30,358 bases of DNA from a virus (lineage: Duplodnaviria; Heunggongvirae; Uroviricota; Caudoviricetes). The notes beneath the pieces were generated by a model that saw nothing but the letters and a program-made list of their open reading frames with translations, was not told where the DNA came from and made no database searches. Positions 22,807 to 30,316 of the stretch are shown here, piece after piece. Each line of letters begins with the position of its first letter. The first letter of the stretch is position 1. The stretch lies in IMG/VR virus record IMGVR_UViG_3300029267_003506; one strand, 5' to 3'. The translations under genes and the position numbers were made by a program.

Positions 22807-23124
22807 ATGAAGACCACGACAACTGAAATCGTGAATGATGATGGTTCCTGGATTGTTAGCCACTGGAAAGAGGGCAATCTCCAGGGCAGGAGGGAACGGG
22901 TATATTCAGACGGCTCCTGGATTGTTAGCCACTGGAAAGAGGGCAAACTCCATGGCAGACGAGAACAGGTATATTCAGACGGTTCCTGGTATGTTAGTCA
23001 CTGGAAAGACGATAAACTCCACGGTAGACGAGAACGGGTATATTCAGATGGCTCTTGGGTACTTGAAATCTATGACGACGGAAACCTTGTCAGTAGAAGA
23101 AACCTCGGAGGACTAAGAAGATGA
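22807..23124 (+). CDS. MORN-variant repeat protein, 3 repeats, terminal +1 frameshift, 105 aa
   Basis: An extra A in AGTAGAAGAAACC changes SRETSED* to SRRNLGGLRR*, ending in an ATGA overlap. Confidence 0.85.
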   Translation: MKTTTTEIVNDDGSWIVSHWKEGNLQGRRERVYSDGSWIVSHWKEGKLHGRREQVYSDGSWYVSHWKDDKLHGRRERVYSDGSWVLEIYDDGNLVSRRNLGGLRR

Positions 23125-23567
23125 AGACCACGACAACTGAAACCGTGAATGATGATGGTTCCTGGGTTGTTGAACACTGGAAAGATGGCAATCTCCAGGG
23201 CAGGAGGGAACGGGTAAAAGCAGACGGCTCCTGGTTTGTTGAAAATTGGAAAGACGGCAAACTCCATGGCAGACGAGAACAGGTATTTTCAGACTGTTCC
23301 TGGTATGTTAGTCACTGGAAAGACGATAAACTCCACGGTAGACGAGAACAGGTATATTCAAACGGCTCCTGGGTAGTCAGTCACTGGAGAGACGGCAATC
23401 CTCACGGCAAACAGGAACAGGTATATTCAGACGGCTCTTGGTATGTTGACTGTTGGAAAGATGGCAAACTCCACGGCAGACGAGAACGAGTATATTCAGA
23501 CGGCTCCTGGGTACTTGAAATCTATGACGACGGAACCCTTGTCAGTAGAGAAACCTCGGAGGACTAA
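23121..23567 (+). CDS. MORN-variant repeat protein, 5 repeats, 148 aa
   Basis: Length 33+23x5. Confidence 0.92.
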   Translation: MKTTTTETVNDDGSWVVEHWKDGNLQGRRERVKADGSWFVENWKDGKLHGRREQVFSDCSWYVSHWKDDKLHGRREQVYSNGSWVVSHWRDGNPHGKQEQVYSDGSWYVDCWKDGKLHGRRERVYSDGSWVLEIYDDGTLVSRETSED

Positions 23568-23571
23568 GAAG

Positions 23572-23868
23572 ATGAGCCCAGTGACAACTGAGACCGTGAA
23601 TGACGATGGTTCCTGGTATGTTGAAACCTGGAAGAATGGCAAGCAGGAGTGGGTAAACTTAGACGGTTCGTGGTACGTCGAACACTTGAAAGACGGTCAG
23701 CCCCATGGCAAATGCGAGTGGGTTTACTCAGATGGTTCCTGGGGATACAACAATGTCAAAGACAACAAACTCCATGGCAAACATGAACGGGTAAACTCAG
23801 ACGGCTCCTGGGAAATTGAAACCTATAACAATGGAGTCCTTGTCAGCACACAAACCTCGGAAGATTGA
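23572..23868 (+). CDS. MORN-variant repeat protein, 3 repeats (one with a 4-aa deletion), 98 aa
   Basis: MSPVTTETVNDD start; ends QTSED. Confidence 0.88.
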   Translation: MSPVTTETVNDDGSWYVETWKNGKQEWVNLDGSWYVEHLKDGQPHGKCEWVYSDGSWGYNNVKDNKLHGKHERVNSDGSWEIETYNNGVLVSTQTSED

Positions 23869-23870
23869 CC

Positions 23871-23980
23871 CAAAAACCAAGAAAATTCGCATTTTCCAAC
23901 CGCTTTTCCTTTCTGAGACCGGTTATACAGTCAGAAAGGAGGACCATACAACCCAACGCGCGACTGAAACCCCGACCTGA
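23871..23980. repeat. ~110-bp direct repeat, copy 1
   Basis: Matches 24240-24349 except for 2 substitutions and A-run length; contains CGGTTATACA and AAAGGAGG. Confidence 0.95.
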
Positions 23981-24239
23981 AGCGCCGGGGGTCGCGAGGC
24001 TGGGCACACTCAGCCAGTGCCAGGGATACCACGAGCAACCCTGGAGCCGAGGTACGCCGGATTCTGCCCCAACCACCACAAAAAAACAGACAGACCTCCC
24101 CGTACCTCTGGTCCCGGGCTCGTTCCCCGCCTCTCTACCCTGTATAACCCGCCCCAAATTCCAAAAACCCCCGAAATCCAAGAATTTCTCCAAAAAACCG
24201 TCAGATATCCCCCCAGTCCCGCGTCATCCCTCAGAGTTC

Positions 24240-24349
24240 AAAAAACCAAGAAAATTCGTGTTTTCCAACCGCTTTTCCTTTCTGAGACCGGTTATACAGT
24301 CAGAAAGGAGGACCATACAACCCAACGCGCGACTGAAACCCCGACCTGA
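24240..24349. repeat. ~110-bp direct repeat, copy 2
   Basis: 369 bp downstream of copy 1. Confidence 0.95.
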
Positions 24350-24434
24350 CGTGCATAGCCAAAGAAACCCTCTCAATAGAAAGGACCCCCAGAAAAACCG
24401 TCCCACTTCACCCATAAACAAAGGAGCCCTGTCC

Positions 24435-24740
24435 ATGAAATTCGTCAATCTCACGCCCCACGCCATCACCCTCACCAATGGCACCACCTATCCACCCAGC
24501 GGTACCATAGCGCGCGTCACTAGCCAACATACCGAATTCGACCAAAACCAAATCTGCTCCGTTACCTTTGGCAACGTAGAAAACCTCCCCGACCCGCAAC
24601 CTGATACCACCTACATCACCAGCGCCATCGTGAAAACCGCCTGCAACCGCCCCGATGTCGTCTCCCCAGCCACCGGACACCCAGATTGCCAAAGAAACGA
24701 GAAAGGACATATCACCGCCGTCCCAGGCTTCGTGCGCTAA
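24435..24740 (+). CDS. Conserved NLTPH-motif phage protein of unknown function, 101 aa
   Basis: MKFVNLTPH..PPSG..ARV..LPDP..YITS..RPDV..R.EKGHI; AAGGAG RBS at 24421. Confidence 0.85.
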   Translation: MKFVNLTPHAITLTNGTTYPPSGTIARVTSQHTEFDQNQICSVTFGNVENLPDPQPDTTYITSAIVKTACNRPDVVSPATGHPDCQRNEKGHITAVPGFVR

Positions 24741-24761
24741 ACCAAGAAACCAAGGAAAACA

Positions 24762-24796
24762 AAGTGGGCTCCCGAAAAAACCCCGGGAGCCCACTT
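24762..24796. terminator. 13-bp GC-rich hairpin between convergent genes
   Basis: AAGTGGGCTCCCG/CGGGAGCCCACTT with a 9-nt loop; A-rich 5' flank. Confidence 0.7.
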
Positions 24797-24878
24797 AGCA
24801 AAATTCAGAAAAAAAACAAGGTCCTGGAGTTGTCACTTAAATGGCTGTCTCCAGGACCTTGTCGGGAAGGGTGTGCCT

Positions 24879-25340
24879 CTAACCACCAACTACTCTGTCC
24901 TTGACCTGCTTCTCCAGCCGGTCAAGATACCCCCGCACTTGCTTCACCCCAGAAAGCGCTCGCCGCCCCGCTCCCTGATTCTCATAACCACTCTTGACAA
25001 ATAAAGCCACATACAATTTCACCTTGCCAAGAGATTGAGCCGCTACGTTCACTACCTCCTCCGGGTCATCAAGTGGACCAGAAGCCTCCACTTGACCCGC
25101 CTTCACTTCCTTCCAAGCCTTGCGTTGAGATGTGTCTCCACCCTCGTCCCGGACTACCCAATGATCCTCACCATAATCATCTTCCACTAACCACTTCTCA
25201 CCACGCTTCTTCACGGCTCGGTCAATGTAAAAGAAATCCTCAGGTTCATGTAGCATCGAAGCCACATCACCCTCTCTCGGTTTCTCTGCCGCTTCCATCA
25301 TTCGAGCCGCTACCTTGCCGGCTATCTGTTCGCAATCCAT
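24879..25340 (-). CDS. Distant MDER-like protein, 153 aa (MDCEQIAGKVAARMMEAA...)
   Basis: GGAG RBS; ACAATTCTTTGATAT motif 52 nt upstream. Confidence 0.75.
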   Translation of the reverse strand: MDCEQIAGKVAARMMEAAEKPREGDVASMLHEPEDFFYIDRAVKKRGEKWLVEDDYGEDHWVVRDEGGDTSQRKAWKEVKAGQVEASGPLDDPEEVVNVAAQSLGKVKLYVALFVKSGYENQGAGRRALSGVKQVRGYLDRLEKQVKDRVVGG

Positions 25341-25391
25341 CTGTCTCTTCTCCCTTGCCAATCTCCTGAATGCTCTCTACCTCTTCAATAC

Positions 25392-25406
25392 ATATCAAAG
25401 AATTGT
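25392..25406 (-). promoter_or_regulatory. ACAATTCTTTGATAT motif (putative late promoter)
   Basis: Fourth instance of the motif upstream of MD-leader genes. Confidence 0.5.
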
Positions 25407-25897
25407 CATCGGAATCCTGATATACGCCCTTCAGTAGAGCCGCCTTCCCTCCCACTTGAAAAACCTGGCGGCTCTTTTCCCAGCCCAACTCAGTTTTCTT
25501 TTCTCGCACATTTTGCTAGCATCGAGATATCTTCAAACAATATCTGAGAACAATATCTTCAAACGGTATCACGGGAAAACGGCACTTTTTGCCGCACTCT
25601 TCGTTCAGATAACGTAAAAAATTGGTTTTCTTTCATCACATATTCGCAACATCTTGGGTGCCTATACGGAGGGCTCGTTATAGGCTCATTACGGGGGCTC
25701 TAGTGTCTTGTATGCTCATCTATTGGCTTAGGGGTATACGGGGGTGGGTCCTATGGTGCTCTTCACAGGGGGCATTACAGGGGCTCTATGGGGTTCTGCT
25801 CATGGTAGGTCATATGGCATTTCAGGGTGGGTCTTCCTTGGGTGTCTCAGATAAAGTGTCTCATGGGTATTTTGGGGGGTGATTTTCAGGGGGGTAG

Positions 25898-26290
25898 TTA
25901 ATCAGGGTGGTGACATTTTTTATCAGGGGTAATTAGTGCTGGGGCGAGTTGGTCATAGTGTGTGAAGAGGCGGGCTTTGATTTTTGGTTTTTTGAGGTAG
26001 AGGGCTTTAGTGAGTCTATGGTATCCGTCCATGAGTGAGAGGTCTGGGGCGAGGATGATGGCGAATCTGAGGTCTGCTTTAAGGGTAGTGGTCCAGTGGG
26101 GTTCGGTTTTAGTTTTGAGCAGTTGAGCGGGGGTAGGGTGATTGTTTCCCCACACGGGTTGATAGAGGTTTTTGGTTTTGAGGGTGGTAGTTTTTATCCA
26201 CTGTGTTTTTGGGGCGAGTTTCCAGAGGATTTTAACGTTATAGGTATATTTTCCATTGCTAAAGGTATGGAGGTCGGTGGTTTTTTTCAT
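25898..26290 (-). CDS. ParB/Srx-like N-terminal domain protein, 130 aa
   Basis: ADL.FAIIL....LMDGYHRLTKA...KIKA motif; AAAGGA RBS; TATAAT at 26322-26317. Confidence 0.75.
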   Translation of the reverse strand: MKKTTDLHTFSNGKYTYNVKILWKLAPKTQWIKTTTLKTKNLYQPVWGNNHPTPAQLLKTKTEPHWTTTLKADLRFAIILAPDLSLMDGYHRLTKALYLKKPKIKARLFTHYDQLAPALITPDKKCHHPD

Positions 26291-26372
26291 TTTTGGTGGT
26301 TCCTTTTCTGGGGGTGATTATAGTTTTTTGGGGGGTGGTATTGGGAAAAATTTTGAAGGCTTCGCGGGTTTT

Positions 26373-26597
26373 TTACGAAAGGGGGGCGTTTTGGGTGATG
26401 AGGTGTTCGAGGTAGTAGGGGCAGGTTTTTGGGGGTGGGGAGTTTCTGAGGGCACGAGGAAAGCAGCATGGGCAGAGCACGAGGTTTTCTCGACTCCAGA
26501 AGCGGTCATCAGCGACGCACCATCCCCACAGCGACGCATCAGGGAATCTAGTCGCGTAGTGATTACGGCATTTTCGACAGATTTCCTTATTCAGCAT
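26373..26597 (-). CDS. Small Cys-rich family protein, 74 aa
   Basis: MLNKEICRKC..W.W..W..VLCP..PPPKTCPYYLEHL. Confidence 0.88.
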   Translation of the reverse strand: MLNKEICRKCRNHYATRFPDASLWGWCVADDRFWSRENLVLCPCCFPRALRNSPPPKTCPYYLEHLITQNAPLS

Positions 26598-26948
26598 GTG
26601 GGTTTCTCTTGGGTAAAGAGGTGTTCAGCGCTGTAAGGACAAGATTCCGGGAAACTATCGGGGCACAAGAACACAATGCACTTTGAAAGAGGGAACCATC
26701 GTCGTTCACAGTCTTCATCTACCCAGTCCTCTGAGGTCTCTATGTTGATGAGAACTCCATTGTTGAAAATCTGGACAAGCCAAGAACCATCCGCTTTGAC
26801 TTGCTTTGCCATGAGGTTCACCGTCTTTCCAGTTATCAGCATACCAAGAGCCGTCTGAATTGACTCGTTCACATTTACCGTGGAGTTTGCCATCTTTCCG
26901 GTTTTCGACATGCCAGGAGCCATCGTCGTTTACGGTTTCAGTCTTCAT
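26591..26948 (-). pseudogene. Split MORN-variant gene (4-nt deletion) whose distal frame runs into a Cys-family C-terminus
   Basis: MKTETVNDD..HGKA shifts frame to KQVKADGSW..EDWVDED-CERRW..PESCPYSAEHLFTQEKPTC. Confidence 0.8.
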
Positions 26949-27199
26949 CTACCAAGCCCCGAGCAGTCCTTCAATCTTGTCCGGCATCTGATCTTTTCCC
27001 GAATTAAGAGGTGTTCGAGGTGGTAAGGGCAGTCTTTTGGTGGTTGGGAGTTTGTGAGAATCATAGAAAAGAAATGGTGCGGACAAACTACCAGATTTTC
27101 ACTATTCCAATGGTCTTCGTCCTTATCGTCCCAACTCCAATCGTCAAGGTTCTTTGTTTGCTGTTCATGGCATTTTTTGCAGACTTCTTTATTCAGCAT
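26945..27199 (-). CDS. Small Cys-rich family protein, 84 aa
   Basis: MLNKEVCKKC..PPKDCPYHLEHL..SGLGR*; stop overlaps the MORN start. Confidence 0.88.
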   Translation of the reverse strand: MLNKEVCKKCHEQQTKNLDDWSWDDKDEDHWNSENLVVCPHHFFSMILTNSQPPKDCPYHLEHLLIREKIRCRTRLKDCSGLGR

Positions 27200-27420
27200 G
27201 CGGATTCCTCTTGTTGAGTCAGGAGGTGTTCGAGGTAGTAGGGGCAGTCTTCTGGGGGTTGGGAGTTTATGTTGAGAGTCACGAAACAGCGTAGACAAAA
27301 CACGAGGTTTTCTTGATTCCAGCGGTCTTCATCATCGCTATTCCATACCCAATACCACGAACCTGGGAATTGTCTCGCGTGGTGTTTATGGCATTTTTTG
27401 CAGGCTTCTTTCCTCAGCAT
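27193..27420 (-). CDS. Small Cys-rich family protein, 75 aa
   Basis: MLRKEACKKC..PPEDCPYYLEHL; ATGCTGA overlaps. Confidence 0.88.
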   Translation of the reverse strand: MLRKEACKKCHKHHARQFPGSWYWVWNSDDEDRWNQENLVFCLRCFVTLNINSQPPEDCPYYLEHLLTQQEESAC

Positions 27421-27644
27421 GCGGATTCCTCTTGTTGAGTCAGGAGGTGTTCGAGGTAGTAGGGGCATCCTTTTGGGGGTGGTGATTTTGTGGAAATCAT
27501 AGAAAGGTAGTGGTGCGGACAGATTACCACGTTTTTTTGATTCCAGAATCTTTCGTCGAGGTTATCCCACTTACAAAACGACAATTCAGGAGTTTTGTTT
27601 GCGTGGCTGTTATGGCATTTTTTGCACGCTTGTTTGTTCAGCAT
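27414..27644 (-). CDS. Small Cys-rich family protein, 76 aa
   Basis: MLNKQACKKC..PPPKGCPYYLEHL. Confidence 0.88.
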   Translation of the reverse strand: MLNKQACKKCHNSHANKTPELSFCKWDNLDERFWNQKNVVICPHHYLSMISTKSPPPKGCPYYLEHLLTQQEESAC

Positions 27645-27871
27645 GTGGACTCCTCCTGTTGAGATAGGAGGTGTTCAACGTGGTAGGGGCATCCTTTTGG
27701 GGGTCGGGAGTTTATGTTGAGGGTTGCAAAAGAGTATGAGCACAACACGGTGTTTGCGTTGTTCCAGAGATTTTCATCATCGCTATTCCATTCCCCAGGC
27801 GACAAGATGGAGGCTTTTCTTTTCGTTACTAGATATTCGCGGCATTTTTGACAGACTTGTTTACTTAGCAT
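27638..27871 (-). CDS. Small Cys-rich family protein, 77 aa
   Basis: MLSKQVCQKC..PPKGCPYHVEHL. Confidence 0.88.
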   Translation of the reverse strand: MLSKQVCQKCREYLVTKRKASILSPGEWNSDDENLWNNANTVLCSYSFATLNINSRPPKGCPYHVEHLLSQQEESTC

Positions 27872-27987
27872 GTGGGTTTCTCTTGGGTAAAGAGGTGTTC
27901 AGCGCTGTAAGGACAAGATTCCGGGAAACTATCGGGGCGTAAGAACACAACGCACCTTGAAAAAGAAAGCCGCCGTCTTTCACAATT
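27865..27987 (-). pseudogene. Relic MORN-start/Cys-family C-terminus chimera
   Basis: PDSFPESCPYSAEHLFTQEKPTC* without a start; 27867-27938 is identical to 26593-26664. Confidence 0.7.
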
Positions 27988-28647
27988 TCAATCCTCATCT
28001 GTCCAATCCTCTGAAGTCTCTACAGTGTTGAGGTCTCCGTTGTTGAAGGTCTGAACGAGCCAAGAACCGTCTGCTTTGACTTGCTCTGCTTTACCATGAG
28101 GCTTACCGTCTTTCCAGTTATCAGCATACCAAGAACAGTCTGAATTTACGCATTCCTGTTTGCCATGGAGATTGCCGTCTTCCCGGTTTTCAAGAAGCCA
28201 AGAGCCGCCCGGGAATACTTGTTCTCGTCTTCCGTGAAGTCTGCCATCTTTCCAGTTTTCGACACACCAGAAACCGTCTGAATTTACCCATTGTCGTTTG
28301 CCGTGAGGCTTGTTGTCTTTCCAGTGACTGACTTCCCAAGAGCCGTCTGCATTTACCTGTTCCCATTTGCCGTGTTTTTTGCCGTCTTTCCAGTTTTCAA
28401 CAAACCAAGAACCGTCTGTTCTCAGCCGTTCCCATTTGCCGTGGAGGTTGCCGTCTTTCCAATTTTCAACAAACCAGGAGCCGTCTGCATTTACCTGTTC
28501 TCGTCTACCGTGGAGTTTGTCATCTCTCCAATGACTGACAATCCAAGAACCGTCTGTTCTCAGCCGTTCCCATTTGCCGTGTTTTTTGCCGTCTTTCCAA
28601 TTTTCAACAAACCAGGAGCCGTCGTCATTCACAGTTTCAGTCTTCAC
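27988..28647 (-). CDS. MORN-variant repeat protein, 8 repeats, 219 aa (GTG start)
   Basis: GTG-KTETVNDD; length 35+23x8; array-1 type caps. Confidence 0.9.
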   Translation of the reverse strand: MKTETVNDDGSWFVENWKDGKKHGKWERLRTDGSWIVSHWRDDKLHGRREQVNADGSWFVENWKDGNLHGKWERLRTDGSWFVENWKDGKKHGKWEQVNADGSWEVSHWKDNKPHGKRQWVNSDGFWCVENWKDGRLHGRREQVFPGGSWLLENREDGNLHGKQECVNSDCSWYADNWKDGKPHGKAEQVKADGSWLVQTFNNGDLNTVETSEDWTDED

Positions 28648-28796
28648 CTGCCGAGCCCCGAGCGGTCTTTCAGGTTTGTCCGACATTTGACTTCTTCCTG
28701 GATTAAAACGTGTTTGACAGGGCACAAGCCGCCGTGAATAAAACAGTGGCGCTCCTGCAGACTTCTTTGTTCAGCGCTTCTCTTCCCTTCAAGCAT
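28644..28796 (-). pseudogene. Collapsed Cys-rich family relic
   Basis: (A)LNKEVC in one frame and CPVKHVLIQEEVKC..SGLGR* in the ATG frame. Confidence 0.55.
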
Positions 28797-29070
28797 AGAG
28801 GATAAAGAGTGTGTTGCCGACCTGCTGAGACGAGGTGTTGTGATAAAAGCGATTGGGACAGTGAGCCGAAATGAATCCGGGACGCGTGATGGGAAGAACC
28901 TTGTAGGCTTTGGACGCTTCCTCCGGCTTTTGGCATTTGGGAATTTGGATACAGCAGTGAATGACCATACGCTTTTTCTCTGCGCGGTATTCTGTAGCGA
29001 TGTGATGTTGACACTTTGAGCAGAGGGACGGGTCAAAGTGACTAACCGGAGCAACTTCGATAGATTTCAT
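28789..29070 (-). CDS. Divergent Cys-rich family protein, 93 aa
   Basis: LCSKC..HCC..HCPNRFYH; AAAGGA RBS. Confidence 0.7.
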   Translation of the reverse strand: MKSIEVAPVSHFDPSLCSKCQHHIATEYRAEKKRMVIHCCIQIPKCQKPEEASKAYKVLPITRPGFISAHCPNRFYHNTSSQQVGNTLFILYA

Positions 29071-29082
29071 CTCTTGGTCCTT

Positions 29083-29334
29083 TCAGCGGGTGGTGAACGT
29101 TATTATCGTATGTTCGAGGTAGTAAGAGCACGAACCAGGGGGCTTACGGTCTGTAGGAGTATGGCAGAGCGGCGGAGCTGGCATCCTGAGGTTACGAGGG
29201 TCATACGGACAGAGAATCACGTGTTCGTCCTCCCAGAGTTCTTCATCTGTGTTATCCCACTTCCAAAACCACTGGTCGGGCGTACTGATTGCATGGTGTT
29301 TGTGGCATTTCTGACAGATTTCTTTATTCAGCAT
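29083..29334 (-). CDS. Small Cys-rich family protein, 83 aa
   Basis: MLNKEICQKC..W.W..VILCP..PPGSCSYYLEH. Confidence 0.88.
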   Translation of the reverse strand: MLNKEICQKCHKHHAISTPDQWFWKWDNTDEELWEDEHVILCPYDPRNLRMPAPPLCHTPTDRKPPGSCSYYLEHTIITFTTR

Positions 29335-29552
29335 GGCGTTTCTCTGTGGGTTAAGACGTGTTCGAGGTAATAAGGGCACACGTCCGGCGGTTCGGAGTCT
29401 CGAAAAGAGATGCGCTGGAAAGAGGGATAATGCCCGGTCGAGTTGGTCTTGAAGGATGACCGGCAAGAAATGCCTATGGTTTCCCACTCTTCGTCATCAC
29501 TTCTCAGCCACAGGTCACCCCAGCATTTCTGACAGATTTCTTTATTCAGCAT
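29328..29552 (-). CDS. Small Cys-rich family protein, 74 aa
   Basis: MLNKEICQKC..PPDVCPYYLEHV. Confidence 0.88.
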   Translation of the reverse strand: MLNKEICQKCWGDLWLRSDDEEWETIGISCRSSFKTNSTGHYPSFQRISFRDSEPPDVCPYYLEHVLTHRETPC

Positions 29553-30088
29553 GGCTTTTTATCCACGAGATGCGGACTAATTGTCTGCCGAACTTCTGCT
29601 GCCGTTTCAGGAGTACATCGCAGGCAGATTTCCCTATTCGGAAGGACAAGCGCCAGGAGAACAAGAATTGAAGCCTTCTGAGCGGGAATCCATTCATCCC
29701 GCACTTTGATAAAAGTGCCGTCGTTTTCTTTGTCACGAAAGTAGGCATAAATAGCATTTGCCATGCGCGCGCCAAGAATGGTTGCATCCCCGAAGGTGAT
29801 TATGATATCACAGGTTGATGGAGCCTGGGGCAAATCCGCTGAAGCCGTCTCTTGTGCAGCGCGGATTATGGTCGTGAGAAGTTGGTTGCTGACGGCGAAC
29901 ATTTGAGTCGCAGCGGCTTGGTGGGGTCCTTCTGCGAGCGTTCGGCGACACATGTTTGCCCAGTCGTTTAGCATTTGCGCTACCTTGGACGCGGGGACGA
30001 AGTGTCCAGTGTTATCCCCGGGAACGCTGCAGGAATAGGCAGGAGCGTTATGGACGTTGCAATCGAATCTGTAAACCTTCATCTGCAT
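29546..30088 (-). CDS. Hypothetical protein, 180 aa, with a possible HPr-like C-terminal domain lacking the His15 equivalent
   Basis: LGARMA ~ LHARPA, KASILVLLAL ~ KSILGLL.L, EICLRC; GAGG RBS; coupled to the next gene by ATGCTGA. Confidence 0.75.
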   Translation of the reverse strand: MQMKVYRFDCNVHNAPAYSCSVPGDNTGHFVPASKVAQMLNDWANMCRRTLAEGPHQAAATQMFAVSNQLLTTIIRAAQETASADLPQAPSTCDIIITFGDATILGARMANAIYAYFRDKENDGTFIKVRDEWIPAQKASILVLLALVLPNREICLRCTPETAAEVRQTISPHLVDKKPC

Positions 30089-30100
30089 TTCCTCTCTTGT

Positions 30101-30316
30101 TCAGATAGGGGGCTCCATGAGATGTTCAAGACAGTAAGGGCACTCAGGCGGGGCGTCATCGGTGATGTCGATGAAGTCGTGGGGCATCGGCACCGAACAG
30201 ACCACGCGGCCGTTTTCCCAGCGGTTCTCATCTTCCCTCCCCCAACCCCACAGAAAATCGTCACTGGCGCTTTGCTCATTTGTGCAGCGCTTGCAGATGT
30301 CCTTGTTAAGGCTCAC
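30101..30316 (-). CDS. Small Cys-rich family protein, 71 aa (GTG start)
   Basis: GGAGG RBS; SLNKDICKRC..W.W..VVC..APPECPYCLEHL. Confidence 0.85.
   Translation of the reverse strand: MSLNKDICKRCTNEQSASDDFLWGWGREDENRWENGRVVCSVPMPHDFIDITDDAPPECPYCLEHLMEPPI

Noticed and set aside
13471-23868. Diversity-generating retroelement acting on the MORN genes
   Set aside because: No reverse transcriptase in the window. I saw no TR/VR pair differing only at adenines, and the variation looks like module exchange. An RT elsewhere in the genome cannot be excluded.
23865-24434. N-terminal 190 aa of the 291-aa ORF
   Set aside because: It spans the non-coding direct repeats. The recognisable protein starts at ATG 24435 with its own AAGGAG RBS.
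25687-25778. AGAGCCCC(C/T)GTAATG two-copy repeat
   Set aside because: Only two short copies in low-complexity skewed DNA, with no structure or context to support a function.
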